Positions 8,476 to 18,400 of a stretch of 64,000 nucleotides of DNA are shown in pieces. This DNA comes from Candidatus Omnitrophota bacterium (GTDB lineage: Bacteria; Omnitrophota; Gorgyraeia; Zapsychrales; Zapsychraceae), in the NCBI GenBank assembly GCA_035292445.1, contig DATDQB010000020.1:155484-219483 (forward strand). Reading direction: 5' to 3'. The position numbers and the translations under genes were made by a program. The notes beneath the pieces were generated by a model that was not told the origin of the DNA, ran no database searches, and was given only the letters and a program-made list of their open reading frames with translations. How positions within the stretch are numbered: the first letter of the stretch is position 1; the number at the start of each line of letters is the position of its first letter.

Positions 8476-9534
8476 TTGTTCTCTAAAATAACGATATATA
8501 TGGATAATAATATTGATAAAGAGAGACGATTTCAGACCGTTTGCCTGCTCATTTTAAGCATCATCGCGATCGCCTTCGCTTTATACTGGTTAAAACCGAT
8601 GATGATCCCTTTCGTCTTGGCCCTTTTCTTCAGCCTTATCCTGACCTCATTGATCGACTTCCAAATAAAATATTTCAAGGTCCCCCGTTTCCTGGCGCTT
8701 ACAACGACCCTTATTATCGGGATTTTGATCTTGATCACCCTGGGGCTTTTGATCTCCGTTTCCGTCACCCAGATGCTGGTCAATTTCGATTCCTACCAGG
8801 AAAAGGTCTTTCAACTTCTTAACAAAGCCGCCCTCTCTCTTAATGTGGAGCGTTTTGGGATGAACCCTCAGGAAATATTGGATCCTTTAAAAAATAATCT
8901 GACTAAAAGTGTCGGGGGAATGGTGATCGGCATCGTCAATTCGATCGTTAAGCTTCTTTCGCAGGGGCTCCTTGTCCTTATCTTTGTCTGCTTTCTTCTT
9001 TTGGGAAAAACGATCCAGACGAAACCGCCCGGCAAAGAATGGAAAGAAGGCGTGTATCGGGTAAAACGCTTCATCGCGACCAAAATGGCCGTTTCCATCG
9101 TTACCGGAGTTTTGGTGGGGGCGGCGCTGATGATCTTAGGAGTTGATATGGCGCTGGCCTTCGGGTTGTTCGCCTTTATCCTTAATTTCATCCCCAGCAT
9201 CGGCTCGACCATCGCCACCCTTCTTCCCTTACCGGTTGTCCTCATCAATCCCGACATCACGCCTTTGACAGGGTTTCTCGCGATCGCTATTCCCGGTGTA
9301 ATTCAATTTGTAATTAGCAATTTCGTTGAACCTAAAGTGGAAGGTGATGCGCTGGAGCTGCATCCGGTGGCGGTCTTGATGGCGTTGATCTTTTGGGGAA
9401 TGATCTGGGGGATCGTGGGGATGTTCCTGGCCTCTCCCCTAACGGCCATCATGAAGATCATCTTTCAACGCATTGAATTTACCGTTCCCCTGGCCCACCT
9501 TCTTGCCGGGCGCGTTGACGATATCCAATCATAA
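8476..9534 (+). CDS. AI-2E family transporter (PerM / YhhT-like permease).
   Basis: 352-aa polytopic membrane protein with the typical AI-2E architecture (N-terminal TM pair, central loop, C-terminal TM cluster). The true start may be the internal Met at about 8500. Confidence 0.7.
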   Translation: MFSKITIYMDNNIDKERRFQTVCLLILSIIAIAFALYWLKPMMIPFVLALFFSLILTSLIDFQIKYFKVPRFLALTTTLIIGILILITLGLLISVSVTQMLVNFDSYQEKVFQLLNKAALSLNVERFGMNPQEILDPLKNNLTKSVGGMVIGIVNSIVKLLSQGLLVLIFVCFLLLGKTIQTKPPGKEWKEGVYRVKRFIATKMAVSIVTGVLVGAALMILGVDMALAFGLFAFILNFIPSIGSTIATLLPLPVVLINPDITPLTGFLAIAIPGVIQFVISNFVEPKVEGDALELHPVAVLMALIFWGMIWGIVGMFLASPLTAIMKIIFQRIEFTVPLAHLLAGRVDDIQS

Positions 9535-9541
9535 AATCTCT

Positions 9542-10993
9542 TTAAAGAAGCGGTGCGAACAGCCGCGCCAGTGAATTCCTTAATTTAGCGGCCGTCGTGA
9601 GATTGCTGAAATCTTCGAGGGTAAACTCGCGGCAGTCCTTAAGGTCTTCCATAAACTGCCTTTCGATTGCCAACGCGCAATCCTCCTCATAAATAAGCGT
9701 ATTCGTTTCATAATTGAGATGAAAACTTCGGATATCCAAGTTGGCCGTCCCGATGGAGCAAACCTGGCTGTCGATGGAGATGGTTTTGGCGTGCATAAGC
9801 CCTTTCTTATAGTGAAAGATGCGCACGCCGGCCTGAAGAAGATCCTCAAAATACGTGAACGCCGACCAATAGGGGAGCCAATGGTCAACGACGCCGGTAA
9901 TCATGATCTTCACCTCTATCCCGCTTAACGCCGCGGTCTTTAAGGCCATGAAAATGCTCGGGTCTGGGATAAAATAGGCTGATTGGATAAAAAGATGTTT
10001 CTCTGCCGACTTAATGAGCGCAAAATACAATTGCTTGATCGAAAGCCACTGCGAGTCCGGGCCCGAGGTCGAGATCTGGATCGGTAGATCATCTTTTAAG
10101 TCAAACGCCGGCCTATAATACTTCTCATCAAAAAGTTTCTTCTTGGTCGTGTTGTACCAATCGATCGTAAAAATGGCCTGATAAATGGACGTGGCCTCTC
10201 CCTCAACCCGCAAATGGGTGTCCCGCCAGAACTTAAATTTACCGCCGTTAATATATTCATCGCCGATATTGACGCCGCCATTGTAACCTATCGTGCCGTC
10301 GATGATAACGAGCTTGCGGTGATTGCGATAATTAAGCGTATGGGCCGTGAACAAAGACAAAAAATTAAAATACGGATAAATATCGATACCAGCTCCCCTT
10401 AATTCACGGATATATTTCTTGCTCAAAAACATGCATCCCCAAGAATCATACAAGATCCTGACCTCAACTCCTTTCTTGGCGCGTTCAATCAGTATCGCCT
10501 TGATCTTTTGGCCAAGTTCGTCATGGCGCCAAATATAATATTCCATATGGATGAACGCCTTGGCATTATTCAAATCCTCCAAAAGACAATCGAATTTATC
10601 TTTGCCGTGATGGAAAATTTTCAAACGATTATTGGCCGTCAATATGGAATTTGAGGTGTTGGCCAATAACTGCATCAATTCTCTTTTATAGGAAGTAGCC
10701 CATTTTGATTGAAGGTTCTCAAGCTCTGTTTCTTGCCTCTCAAGAAGCGGCTTTAAAGGATAGGCCAAATTCCCCTCGATAAACTGATGGACCAATTTAT
10801 CCTGGGCGCGGGAGCGTTTCCAGCTCCTTCCAAAAAAAACATAGGCGATAAAACCCAAAACAGGGAACAAAATAAAAAGGACCAGCCAGGCGATGGTGGA
10901 GGAAGGTTCACGGTTATCCAACAAAAGATAAATAGCCGTGATGACAAGGAAAATATAATAAACAATGATTAAAACAGAAAGTATATGATCCAT
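9542..10993 (-). CDS. cls: Cardiolipin synthase (PLD superfamily with two HKD motifs).
   Basis: Two N-terminal TM helices. HKD motifs HRKLVIIDGTIGYNGGVNIGDEY and HAKTISIDSQVCSIGTANLD. Length 483 aa, typical of ClsA. Confidence 0.85.
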   Translation of the reverse strand: MDHILSVLIIVYYIFLVITAIYLLLDNREPSSTIAWLVLFILFPVLGFIAYVFFGRSWKRSRAQDKLVHQFIEGNLAYPLKPLLERQETELENLQSKWATSYKRELMQLLANTSNSILTANNRLKIFHHGKDKFDCLLEDLNNAKAFIHMEYYIWRHDELGQKIKAILIERAKKGVEVRILYDSWGCMFLSKKYIRELRGAGIDIYPYFNFLSLFTAHTLNYRNHRKLVIIDGTIGYNGGVNIGDEYINGGKFKFWRDTHLRVEGEATSIYQAIFTIDWYNTTKKKLFDEKYYRPAFDLKDDLPIQISTSGPDSQWLSIKQLYFALIKSAEKHLFIQSAYFIPDPSIFMALKTAALSGIEVKIMITGVVDHWLPYWSAFTYFEDLLQAGVRIFHYKKGLMHAKTISIDSQVCSIGTANLDIRSFHLNYETNTLIYEEDCALAIERQFMEDLKDCREFTLEDFSNLTTAAKLRNSLARLFAPLL

Positions 10994-11001
10994 AGGGTTT
11001 G

Positions 11002-13068
11002 TTAAAGATGCTCGGCCAAGAATTCAGCCAGCCGCTCTTTCCATCCTTGATCCAGCGGCTCGGTCATTTCTTTCGATTCTTTAAAGTCGGCCTCGAATAA
11101 GCTCTCCAATATGCTCTCGACCGTCTTACTATCGGATGTCGCGAGATTTAATTCCAGGTTATCGACCAAACTCAGTTTATCAAAATTCGCCGAGCCCGTA
11201 CAGAGCCATCCGTCGTAAACGGCGGCTTTGATATGCGACATGCCCGGATAAAAAAAGACCCGGATGCCACTGCGGAACATCGTATTGGCGCTCACCACGT
11301 TATTGGCGTTCATGATATTATGGTTGCCGTGAATGGGAAGGATGACCCGCACATCCACCCCGCGCCGCCGGGCTTTGATCAGCTCATAAATGATCGTATC
11401 GTCCGAAAGATAGGAGTTATGGACATAAATATATCTTTTCGCCTCTTTAATGGCCAAAAGCTGGGCTTTATAAATCTGCGGGTCGTTAAGCCGCGTATAC
11501 AACGTCCGTAACGGCGGGTGCCCTTCATGCCCCCGGTTGACGGCGAGTTTATTAAAAACCGATTGTAAATACCCCAAATCGCCCCACGCGCCGGCATGGG
11601 CCCAGGCGATCTCGAATTCCTTCATGATCTCAGCCAATACGGGGCCCCGCACTTCCATCATCATATCATGCCAATGATAACGGTATTCCCGTCCGATGTT
11701 CATGCCGCCGGTAAAAAATAATTCTTCATCGATGATAATGGTCTTGGTATGGTCCGCCTTGAACCAGGCATTCGGCCTGACACGCACTTGAATATTGGAG
11801 CCTTTCCTTAAATAGCTTTCCATCGAAGAAGGCGGCGTAAACCCTTGGGGCAGATCTTCCGGGACTTTCCCCTCCCCCATCACCTGCCCCATCCCATCCA
11901 GCAAAACCCTGACCTTAACGCCTTCTTTAGATCTTTTCTTCAATAGATCCGCGATGGAAACGGCATAATCATCGTTATCAAAAATAAAAATACGCACGTC
12001 AATAGACTTCTTGGCAGCGATAATGGCATCGGTCAAGCGCGTAAAGAATTCATCGCCGTCGATAAGAAAATCCATGGCCCCATGAGAAGTTCTCGTGCCA
12101 AGGGTTTTATTGAGCTTGTCTTCAAAAGCCTTCAAGTCCATCCCCTCCCCCTTATACAAAGGCGGCGGGGGCGTGTTATCAAAGGCCGCCAAAGACGGTG
12201 GCTTGATGACATCGCGGGTCGTGGATTGGGCCCAGGAAAAAAGCCGTAAACTGGAACTGACCGGACGCTTCCACATCCCCAGCACATAACTGTCGAATAA
12301 CAAATAATCGGCGGATTTGACCCCTTTTTTAAGCAAGCCCTGGCGGTATTTGGCTTCATTACCGACAGGAAGCTTCAAATGGAAAGCGACCCTGTTGGCT
12401 ATATCAATATATAAAAAAGGATTGGTATAATCATCGTCATTCGCGACGGCTAACAAAATTTGCTCGGCCTCGATCGATTGTTTTGCAAGATACCCTTTCA
12501 TCGTCTCAACCATCTTGAAAGCAAGCTCCTGCTGGGTGAGTGTTTGCGCTATCTGAACATGCGCCGGCTTATCTTTGAGAGCCATGACCTGAAGATGCTC
12601 ATCGTCATCATAGAACAGAATTAACTCGTCCTCATTACTACGGATAACCGTTCCTTGGTTGGCTTCCTGGGGCGTCAGCGCGTGCGCCAGATCAAAACGA
12701 AAATCGTGCCAATGCTGCGCCGGAAGGGCCAAAATGCTCTTAAGTTGCTGCGGGCGACCTTGCCAGCGCTGCTCATCAATAATCTTTAAGGGGACAACGA
12801 TATTTTTAGACAGATTTATATCGGGGCTCTCGGTGGGATCCCAGTTGGCGTAAGCGTAAAACGTCTCATATTCGTCGCTGTCATTCCAGTAGCTGTTGAA
12901 ATGGATGTACAGTTCATTCTCTGCAACGGCAGCTTCGAGGACCTCCAGCGCGGCGGTTTGATTAATCCAGATGCGCGCCACATCGTTGAGTCTTGCCTGA
13001 GGGTCTTTGAGAAAAGAACAACCCCCTAACAAGAAAAGAGAAATAAAAAATAGGATCGCTTTTCGCAT
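11002..13068 (-). CDS. Lipoprotein of the phospholipase D family. The N-terminal domain of about 350 aa has unknown function; the C-terminal half carries two HKD motifs.
   Basis: Lipobox LFLLGGC after the start MRKAILFF. HKD motifs HTKTIIIDEELFFTGGMNIGREY and HIKAAVYDGWLCTGSANFDKLS. The start was chosen at the signal-peptide Met; the ORF runs on to 13161. Confidence 0.75.
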   Translation of the reverse strand: MRKAILFFISLFLLGGCSFLKDPQARLNDVARIWINQTAALEVLEAAVAENELYIHFNSYWNDSDEYETFYAYANWDPTESPDINLSKNIVVPLKIIDEQRWQGRPQQLKSILALPAQHWHDFRFDLAHALTPQEANQGTVIRSNEDELILFYDDDEHLQVMALKDKPAHVQIAQTLTQQELAFKMVETMKGYLAKQSIEAEQILLAVANDDDYTNPFLYIDIANRVAFHLKLPVGNEAKYRQGLLKKGVKSADYLLFDSYVLGMWKRPVSSSLRLFSWAQSTTRDVIKPPSLAAFDNTPPPPLYKGEGMDLKAFEDKLNKTLGTRTSHGAMDFLIDGDEFFTRLTDAIIAAKKSIDVRIFIFDNDDYAVSIADLLKKRSKEGVKVRVLLDGMGQVMGEGKVPEDLPQGFTPPSSMESYLRKGSNIQVRVRPNAWFKADHTKTIIIDEELFFTGGMNIGREYRYHWHDMMMEVRGPVLAEIMKEFEIAWAHAGAWGDLGYLQSVFNKLAVNRGHEGHPPLRTLYTRLNDPQIYKAQLLAIKEAKRYIYVHNSYLSDDTIIYELIKARRRGVDVRVILPIHGNHNIMNANNVVSANTMFRSGIRVFFYPGMSHIKAAVYDGWLCTGSANFDKLSLVDNLELNLATSDSKTVESILESLFEADFKESKEMTEPLDQGWKERLAEFLAEHL

Positions 13069-13200
13069 AAGACTTTCCAGAGCCTTGCTCCAAAACGTCC
13101 GAATGATGCCAGCCGGTGTATGAACAAGCCAATTGTAACAAAGATAAATAAAAACAGCCACTCTTTATTCTTAATAAACAGCGGCTGTTTTACTAAATTT

Positions 13201-15054
13201 CTAATTATAACTTAGGTTACGCGCAATAGGGGAAGGAACGGGCTTGATGTTCTGCAGGTTTTGCTCGACGAAATCTTCGAGCCTTGTCTTAAGTTCCTCG
13301 ATTTCCTCGATGGCTTGCAAACGGTATTCTTCCGTCTGCTCCACCATCTTGGGGAAAAGTTCTTTGTAATACTCGATGCCTTCCAGCATGTTGTTTTGAA
13401 ATTCTCTGAAGTACTGCAGTTTCTTCTCGGTGGGCGCATGGACGATCTTATCGAACTCTTTGATGAAATAATCGATGTAGATCTTAAGCTCTTTGACGAA
13501 CATATTCGACCGGTAAGTGCTGTTTAACAAATTCAGCCTGCCGTAGATGTGATCGACCATTTCCCTTAAGGTTGCGATTTTGGAAAAATAGGCGATATTC
13601 GGCCCCGGGCAGATGGCCGGAAAATGCTTGGCGGCATCCTTGACCGCGTTATTCTTGATCAAAACGCCTTCGCCTAAATCATTACAGAGGCAGGCCTTCT
13701 TGACGACTTCCTGATATTTGACATTATACGACTCATGGTCCAAATTTTGCTTACTAAGTTGTTCCAGCTTTAATTTCTGGTATTGGCGGCTGGCGGTACA
13801 GATCGGTTCTTTCGTAAATTCCGTATTGGACACCAAATACCCCTTAGGGCACGCGCTTCCCGGCTGGCCTATTTGAGAGCGCCGTTCTTTGGCGCGATCC
13901 GACGGGTTATCTCTTAGATTACTAAACGGAATGCCTAACGGTGAGACGTCGCTCATATAAATGTCTTTTTCGCCGGCTCGGGAAAGTTTCATCAACGTCT
14001 CTTGATCGACGTTCGTAACCTCAGGCACCAGCAGGAACGGCGAAGCCCACCCCGTGCCATCCAGCCCATAATATTGAAGTAAAAACTGATCTTCCAAATA
14101 CGTCCCGATGCCGCCCTGGGCGGTTATCTTCACTTCAAGCGGCTGCGAAGGACACGGCCTGTTTTGCTCTCGCAAGACCTTTTGATAAATGGCAAAAAGC
14201 TCCTCTACCAATTCAGCCCTTTTTTGTTTAAATTCTTCCAAGATCGGCCCCATCAAATACCCGTCTGTTGCGAACAAATGGCCGCCGCAATTAAGCCCCG
14301 ACTCGATACGGTACTCGGAAACCCAAATCCCTTTTTTGGCGAGGAATTTCCCTTGAATAATGGTCGAGCGGTAATCGCTGACCTTAAGGACGACTTTTTT
14401 CTTAAGGAATCCCTGTTCATCGGGAAAGAAATCATTGAATTTTTCAATATACGCATAAAGCGACCGGTTGAATCCGGCGGAAAAAACGATGGAAGATACC
14501 AAATCGCTTTGGGCATAACCGCGTAAGGCGGAGAGTGCATCCGAATATTCGGACGAAAGAGGTGTTTTATCTTTAGCAGAAAAATTGGCCCGATCGAGCT
14601 TTGTCATGATGTTGACGTTGATATCGCCAGCCACCAGTTCTTTCTTCAACTGTTCCTGGAGGCGTTTCTTCTCAACGGTACCGATAGTGGCCTTCATCTG
14701 TTCATACAAGCCATTGAGCGGTGAACTTTCCGGTAAGAGTTCGAAATATTTGGTAATCTCGCTTCCGGCTTCAAAGGCGCTTTTCTTAAGCGCCTCGAAC
14801 TTCTGCTCAACGATACGTTTGACGAGGTTCAAATAAGCCGTAATCCGTTTGGCGCGATGGTCCTCTTCATATTTGGTGATGGGCTCGTACTTTTCTTTGC
14901 TTATCTTGCAGTAATACTCGCGCATCTTCTCGATCAAGACATCGTCAACCAGAGAAATGACAGAGGAAATCCCGTATGGCGCGACCTTGACAGGCGTGTC
15001 AATCGAGAATCCCGTTCCCATGACAGGGATATGGAAGGTGTGTACTTTAGACAT
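13201..15054 (-). CDS. Hypothetical 617-aa protein with no motif I can assign. It is the first gene of the operon with the PLD lipoprotein and cls.
   Basis: Long uninterrupted ORF. It is separated from the PLD gene by 40 bp on the same strand. Glycine-rich stretches (GGHLFATDGY, ITAQGGIGTY) suggest a nucleotide- or cofactor-binding fold, but I cannot assign a family. Confidence 0.6.
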   Translation of the reverse strand: MSKVHTFHIPVMGTGFSIDTPVKVAPYGISSVISLVDDVLIEKMREYYCKISKEKYEPITKYEEDHRAKRITAYLNLVKRIVEQKFEALKKSAFEAGSEITKYFELLPESSPLNGLYEQMKATIGTVEKKRLQEQLKKELVAGDINVNIMTKLDRANFSAKDKTPLSSEYSDALSALRGYAQSDLVSSIVFSAGFNRSLYAYIEKFNDFFPDEQGFLKKKVVLKVSDYRSTIIQGKFLAKKGIWVSEYRIESGLNCGGHLFATDGYLMGPILEEFKQKRAELVEELFAIYQKVLREQNRPCPSQPLEVKITAQGGIGTYLEDQFLLQYYGLDGTGWASPFLLVPEVTNVDQETLMKLSRAGEKDIYMSDVSPLGIPFSNLRDNPSDRAKERRSQIGQPGSACPKGYLVSNTEFTKEPICTASRQYQKLKLEQLSKQNLDHESYNVKYQEVVKKACLCNDLGEGVLIKNNAVKDAAKHFPAICPGPNIAYFSKIATLREMVDHIYGRLNLLNSTYRSNMFVKELKIYIDYFIKEFDKIVHAPTEKKLQYFREFQNNMLEGIEYYKELFPKMVEQTEEYRLQAIEEIEELKTRLEDFVEQNLQNIKPVPSPIARNLSYN

Positions 15055-15255
15055 ATTTTCTCATAATAGATTACTTATATTATACATGTTTTGAATTAAG
15101 CCACAACGAAAATAACGTAAGAATGAATGACGGGCGTATTTATGAATATTGGGGAAAGTATACCATATTAAGAGAAAATGGCAAATTTTATATGGGGTGG
15201 GATAGAGCCTGCGTTGTGAGCCAAATGAGGACCCACAACGCCCCTGCAACCCTTA

Positions 15256-15774
15256 TCACTTACCGGGCATTCCTTCCTTGCGGTGTTCAAGGCGCTCTTT
15301 AAACCGTTCTTTATTGAACTTGCCTTTATGGTCTTCTTTTAGCTCCTGGAATTTCGTAAACTGTTCCGGCGTAAGGATTTTACGCACTTCAAACATCCCG
15401 TTCAAGCGATGCTCGGCCATCTTGCCCTGTAAAGTATTAACCTCATTACTAATGGCCCTGACCTTGCCTTCATCGAAATCCGCTTTTTGGATCTCGTTTT
15501 TGAGCTCCTCACGCTTGGCTTGAATCTGCTCTCTTAACGCCTTCATTTCACCGCGATGGGTTTCTTTGTGCTGCTTGAGGGCAGTACGCTGCTCTGGCGT
15601 CAAACCCAGCTCATCGTACATCTTGTTGACCTTCTCCTCCCAGTCCTTCTTATGCTCACCCATCTTACCGTTATCTTTCTCAGCATAAACATTAACGGAT
15701 GATACTAAGAAGAAACTTAAGATAAGCCCCAAAAATACGGCTGTTCGTTTAATGAATCGTTGGTCCATGTTCAT
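15256..15774 (-). CDS. Periplasmic Spy/CpxP-family stress protein (LTxxQ motifs).
   Basis: Signal peptide. Two LTPEQ motifs. Lys/Glu-rich helical protein of 172 aa. Confidence 0.7.
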   Translation of the reverse strand: MNMDQRFIKRTAVFLGLILSFFLVSSVNVYAEKDNGKMGEHKKDWEEKVNKMYDELGLTPEQRTALKQHKETHRGEMKALREQIQAKREELKNEIQKADFDEGKVRAISNEVNTLQGKMAEHRLNGMFEVRKILTPEQFTKFQELKEDHKGKFNKERFKERLEHRKEGMPGK

Positions 15775-15791
15775 CCACCTCCTTCTTTCCT

Positions 15792-16310
15792 TTAAAGAAA
15801 ATATTCCTCAATGGCCGTGCCGTAACTGGCCATTTCTGATTCTTCGCCATTTGATTCTTCAAAAGTGAATTCCTCTAACGCATATGCCAGGACCTGAATT
15901 TCCTCAGCCGGCGGCTTTTGTTGGGCAAGATGGTTGTCGTAAATGAGTTTAAACTGAAATACCATCACCAGCAGGACAATAGCGACCTTCACCGATGCCA
16001 TTACCACTTTAGGGGTCAGCAAAGCATCCTTAAGATGAGTTAAAAAGCCCATTAAGGGGTTCGATAAAAATGCCGGCGCGGCCTCTTCCTCTATCTGGTT
16101 TTTGATGTTCTGCCAGATAGCTTCTTCATCCAATCGAATGGGCTTGGCATTCTGCAGGGCGGTGACGGCCTTCTCTTTGGCCTCTTCGGCAAACGCCCGG
16201 CAGGCGAGACAACCGGCAAGGTGCTGGTCTATCTCTCTTCGTTTTTCTTCCCATTGTTCGCCGTCAAGAAAATCGGTTAAAATGATGTCCCGGATATCTT
16301 TACAATTCAT
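15792..16310 (-). CDS. Anti-sigma factor (zinc-binding, ZAS-like, single-pass membrane protein).
   Basis: HLAGCLACRAF zinc-finger motif. A central TM segment. It overlaps the upstream ECF sigma gene by 11 bp. Confidence 0.7.
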   Translation of the reverse strand: MNCKDIRDIILTDFLDGEQWEEKRREIDQHLAGCLACRAFAEEAKEKAVTALQNAKPIRLDEEAIWQNIKNQIEEEAAPAFLSNPLMGFLTHLKDALLTPKVVMASVKVAIVLLVMVFQFKLIYDNHLAQQKPPAEEIQVLAYALEEFTFEESNGEESEMASYGTAIEEYFL

Positions 16311-16854
16311 TTTTGACCACCTCTTGTCTTAAGGCCAGCATGGCCTCGCGCGCGCGCTTGATGCGTGAACGGACCGTGTTGATAGGGATCTTTAACGTCT
16401 GCGCGATCTCGTGATAACTTAAGCCCTCAATGCTTCGTAACACAATAACCGCTCTTTGCTCAGGGCTAAGGCCGGCCAATAATTGCGAAACAAGTTTTTC
16501 GTTGTCCATCTGATGCATGGATTCTCTGACGCTGTCGGCCCCTTGGGCAGCGAACACATCAGCGTATTCAACCGTATTTTTGTGCTTGCCGGTCCTTTTG
16601 ATATGGTTGATCGCGCAATTGACGCTGATGCGGTATACCCACGTTTTCAGCGACGACTCAAAACGAAAATTATTTAATTTGCGATAAATGTTCATGAAAA
16701 CGTCCTGGGTCACTTCCTGTGCATCTTCCATATTACCCACCACCCGATAAACCACGTTCGAGACAAAACCGACATGCGTTCTATAGATTTGCTCAAATGC
16801 CCTTAGATCACCGGCCTGGGCCTGCCTTATAATTTCTTGCGCTAGCTCGACCAT
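16300..16854 (-). CDS. ECF (sigma-70 family) RNA polymerase sigma factor.
   Basis: Region 2 signature VFMNIYRKLNNFRFESSLKTWVYRISVNCAINHIKR. Region 4 HTH SYHEIAQTLKIPINTVRSRIKRAR. Confidence 0.85.
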   Translation of the reverse strand: MVELAQEIIRQAQAGDLRAFEQIYRTHVGFVSNVVYRVVGNMEDAQEVTQDVFMNIYRKLNNFRFESSLKTWVYRISVNCAINHIKRTGKHKNTVEYADVFAAQGADSVRESMHQMDNEKLVSQLLAGLSPEQRAVIVLRSIEGLSYHEIAQTLKIPINTVRSRIKRAREAMLALRQEVVKNEL

Positions 16855-16915
16855 GGTGTTTACCCGTTCACTTGGTTAGACAGAAAAAAAGGCTAAAAGT
16901 TCCATCGCTCAAGAC

Positions 16916-17563
16916 TTACAAACTTTCCTCCTGGGGTACCCCTCGTAGCCGCTCCAAATGCATGACCATGATATTGGCCCAGATGCCTAAGACCTCTTTG
17001 GTGTGCCCCCATTTGGTGAGCCCCTTGGTGTAATTAAGCTTTTTCCCTTTCCTCGCGTCAATAAAGGCCAACACCCTCTCGCCGGTCAGGGAATCGACCA
17101 GTTCCGCCTCCAAGGAAGCGCCGCCGATGCCGGCGCCGATCAGGGTCGTGGACCAATGAAGATTAAGGTACACTTTATTGGGCAACACATCAGTCACCGC
17201 CGTCCTTAAAAGAAGCACGCCTTCTCCCGCTTCAGTTGTGATCGTATAATTTTCCTTAAGCCCGTCTTCCAGTTCCTTGTAAAAATAATCCGTCAATTTC
17301 TGCCGGTCTTCACCCTTCATCTGATGCGCCTCGACACTGGGATCTAACTTAAATTCAACCGGGGCAATGATGACCTTAGAGTAACCCTGCGCGATATTCG
17401 CGTTGGGATTCGTATATATATACATCCCTTTCGATTCCTCGTCTTCCTCCAACCCCGAGTAATCGCTTAAAAATCCTGTTTCTGTACGTTTCATTTCTAC
17501 GGTCGCACAGCCCGTCAAAACCATAAAAACAATACAATGGATAAACAAAAACCTCTTATTCAT
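16916..17563 (-). CDS. Hypothetical lipoprotein.
   Basis: Signal peptide with lipobox VLTGC. 215 aa. Confidence 0.6.
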   Translation of the reverse strand: MNKRFLFIHCIVFMVLTGCATVEMKRTETGFLSDYSGLEEDEESKGMYIYTNPNANIAQGYSKVIIAPVEFKLDPSVEAHQMKGEDRQKLTDYFYKELEDGLKENYTITTEAGEGVLLLRTAVTDVLPNKVYLNLHWSTTLIGAGIGGASLEAELVDSLTGERVLAFIDARKGKKLNYTKGLTKWGHTKEVLGIWANIMVMHLERLRGVPQEESL

Positions 17564-17589
17564 TTAATTTTCCTTTCTTATCGAGCGTT

Positions 17590-17655
17590 TAGATTAAAAA
17601 ATGACACACGTGTCCGGTGATGATCCCCAGATACGTCCCTACAATATTACCAATC
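17590..17655 (-). pseudogene. Displaced 3'-terminal fragment of the DUF819 gene (about 21 codons).
   Basis: Minus-strand translation IGNIVGTYLGIITGHVCHFLI-stop. This closely matches the current C-terminus of the 18386..19555 gene (LGGIIGTYLGLLVGQICHLIAG-stop), and the DNA is about 70% identical over roughly 55 bp. Confidence 0.55.
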
Positions 17656-18400
17656 ATACAACTTTGATATCATTTAATTTGAAATTATCTTTAAACTTTT
17701 TAACTAATAATACTGTGATTCATTTGAGGTTTACGCTTGGCATCCGCAGTTGTTAAATAACGGACTATCGTAATTTTAACCATTTCTGAAAATCGGGTCA
17801 TAGTTATTTTAATATCTCGAACTCCGCTGCGCCGACCACGATGACCTCGACCTATAGACAAAACACTACCCTCATCAATCCTTATTAACTCAGCTCTATG
17901 CATAAATCCATCACGCATATCTACCAGCGTCTTAAGCTTAGAAAAAGAATTTTTAATAATTCTTTCTTTTGTTCCTCTATAAATAACAATATTATCTAAC
18001 AATTCTTGCTTATCTGCGTTTGATAAATTATTGAGTAAAAAAGTAACAATTAATGGCTTGGGCACAGATTTTCTTTTTCCATTACTAATTTTTCTTTTTT
18101 CTTTTTTAGCGTTGCCTAATAAAGCCTCCATGGCAGCGATACAAGCTAAAAATCGAAATTGACTAGTTGGGGCTGAACACTTCCTACAATTACGATCATT
18201 TATATAAACATGAAATATGAAACCTATTTTAAAGATTAAAGCCTTTTCTAATTTGTTTAAATCATCAATATTTTTTCCAAAATCCTTGAACAAAGAGGAA
18301 AATTCTTTCAAGACAATTTTCTTTTTACTGTTTTGAAAATTTTTGCTGGCGTAGTATCTAAGATGAGATGGGATGTACATAAAATTTACCCTGCGATTAA
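17656..18400. mobile_element. AT-rich insertion of about 0.75 kb, integrated at the 3' end of the DUF819 gene. It carries a single orphan gene.
   Basis: Base composition drops sharply (long A/T runs) relative to the flanks. It is bounded by two versions of the same gene 3' end (17590-17655 and 18386-18450). No integrase or transposase is present. Confidence 0.45.
17700..18379 (-). CDS. Orphan hypothetical protein (about 226 aa) carried by the AT-rich insert.
   Basis: ORF in AT-rich DNA (MYIPSHLRYYASKNFQNSKKK...). An alternative start, MSLNRR, at 18406 has an AGGAC ribosome-binding site. The longer 17700..18812 ORF runs into the DUF819 gene in another frame and is rejected. Confidence 0.5.

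Noticed and set aside
15055-15255. Hairpin gcgttgtgag...cccacaacgc between the 617-aa gene and the Spy-like gene, as a possible terminator.
   Set aside because: There is no U-run on either strand. It may be a regulatory stem, but the evidence is insufficient to call.
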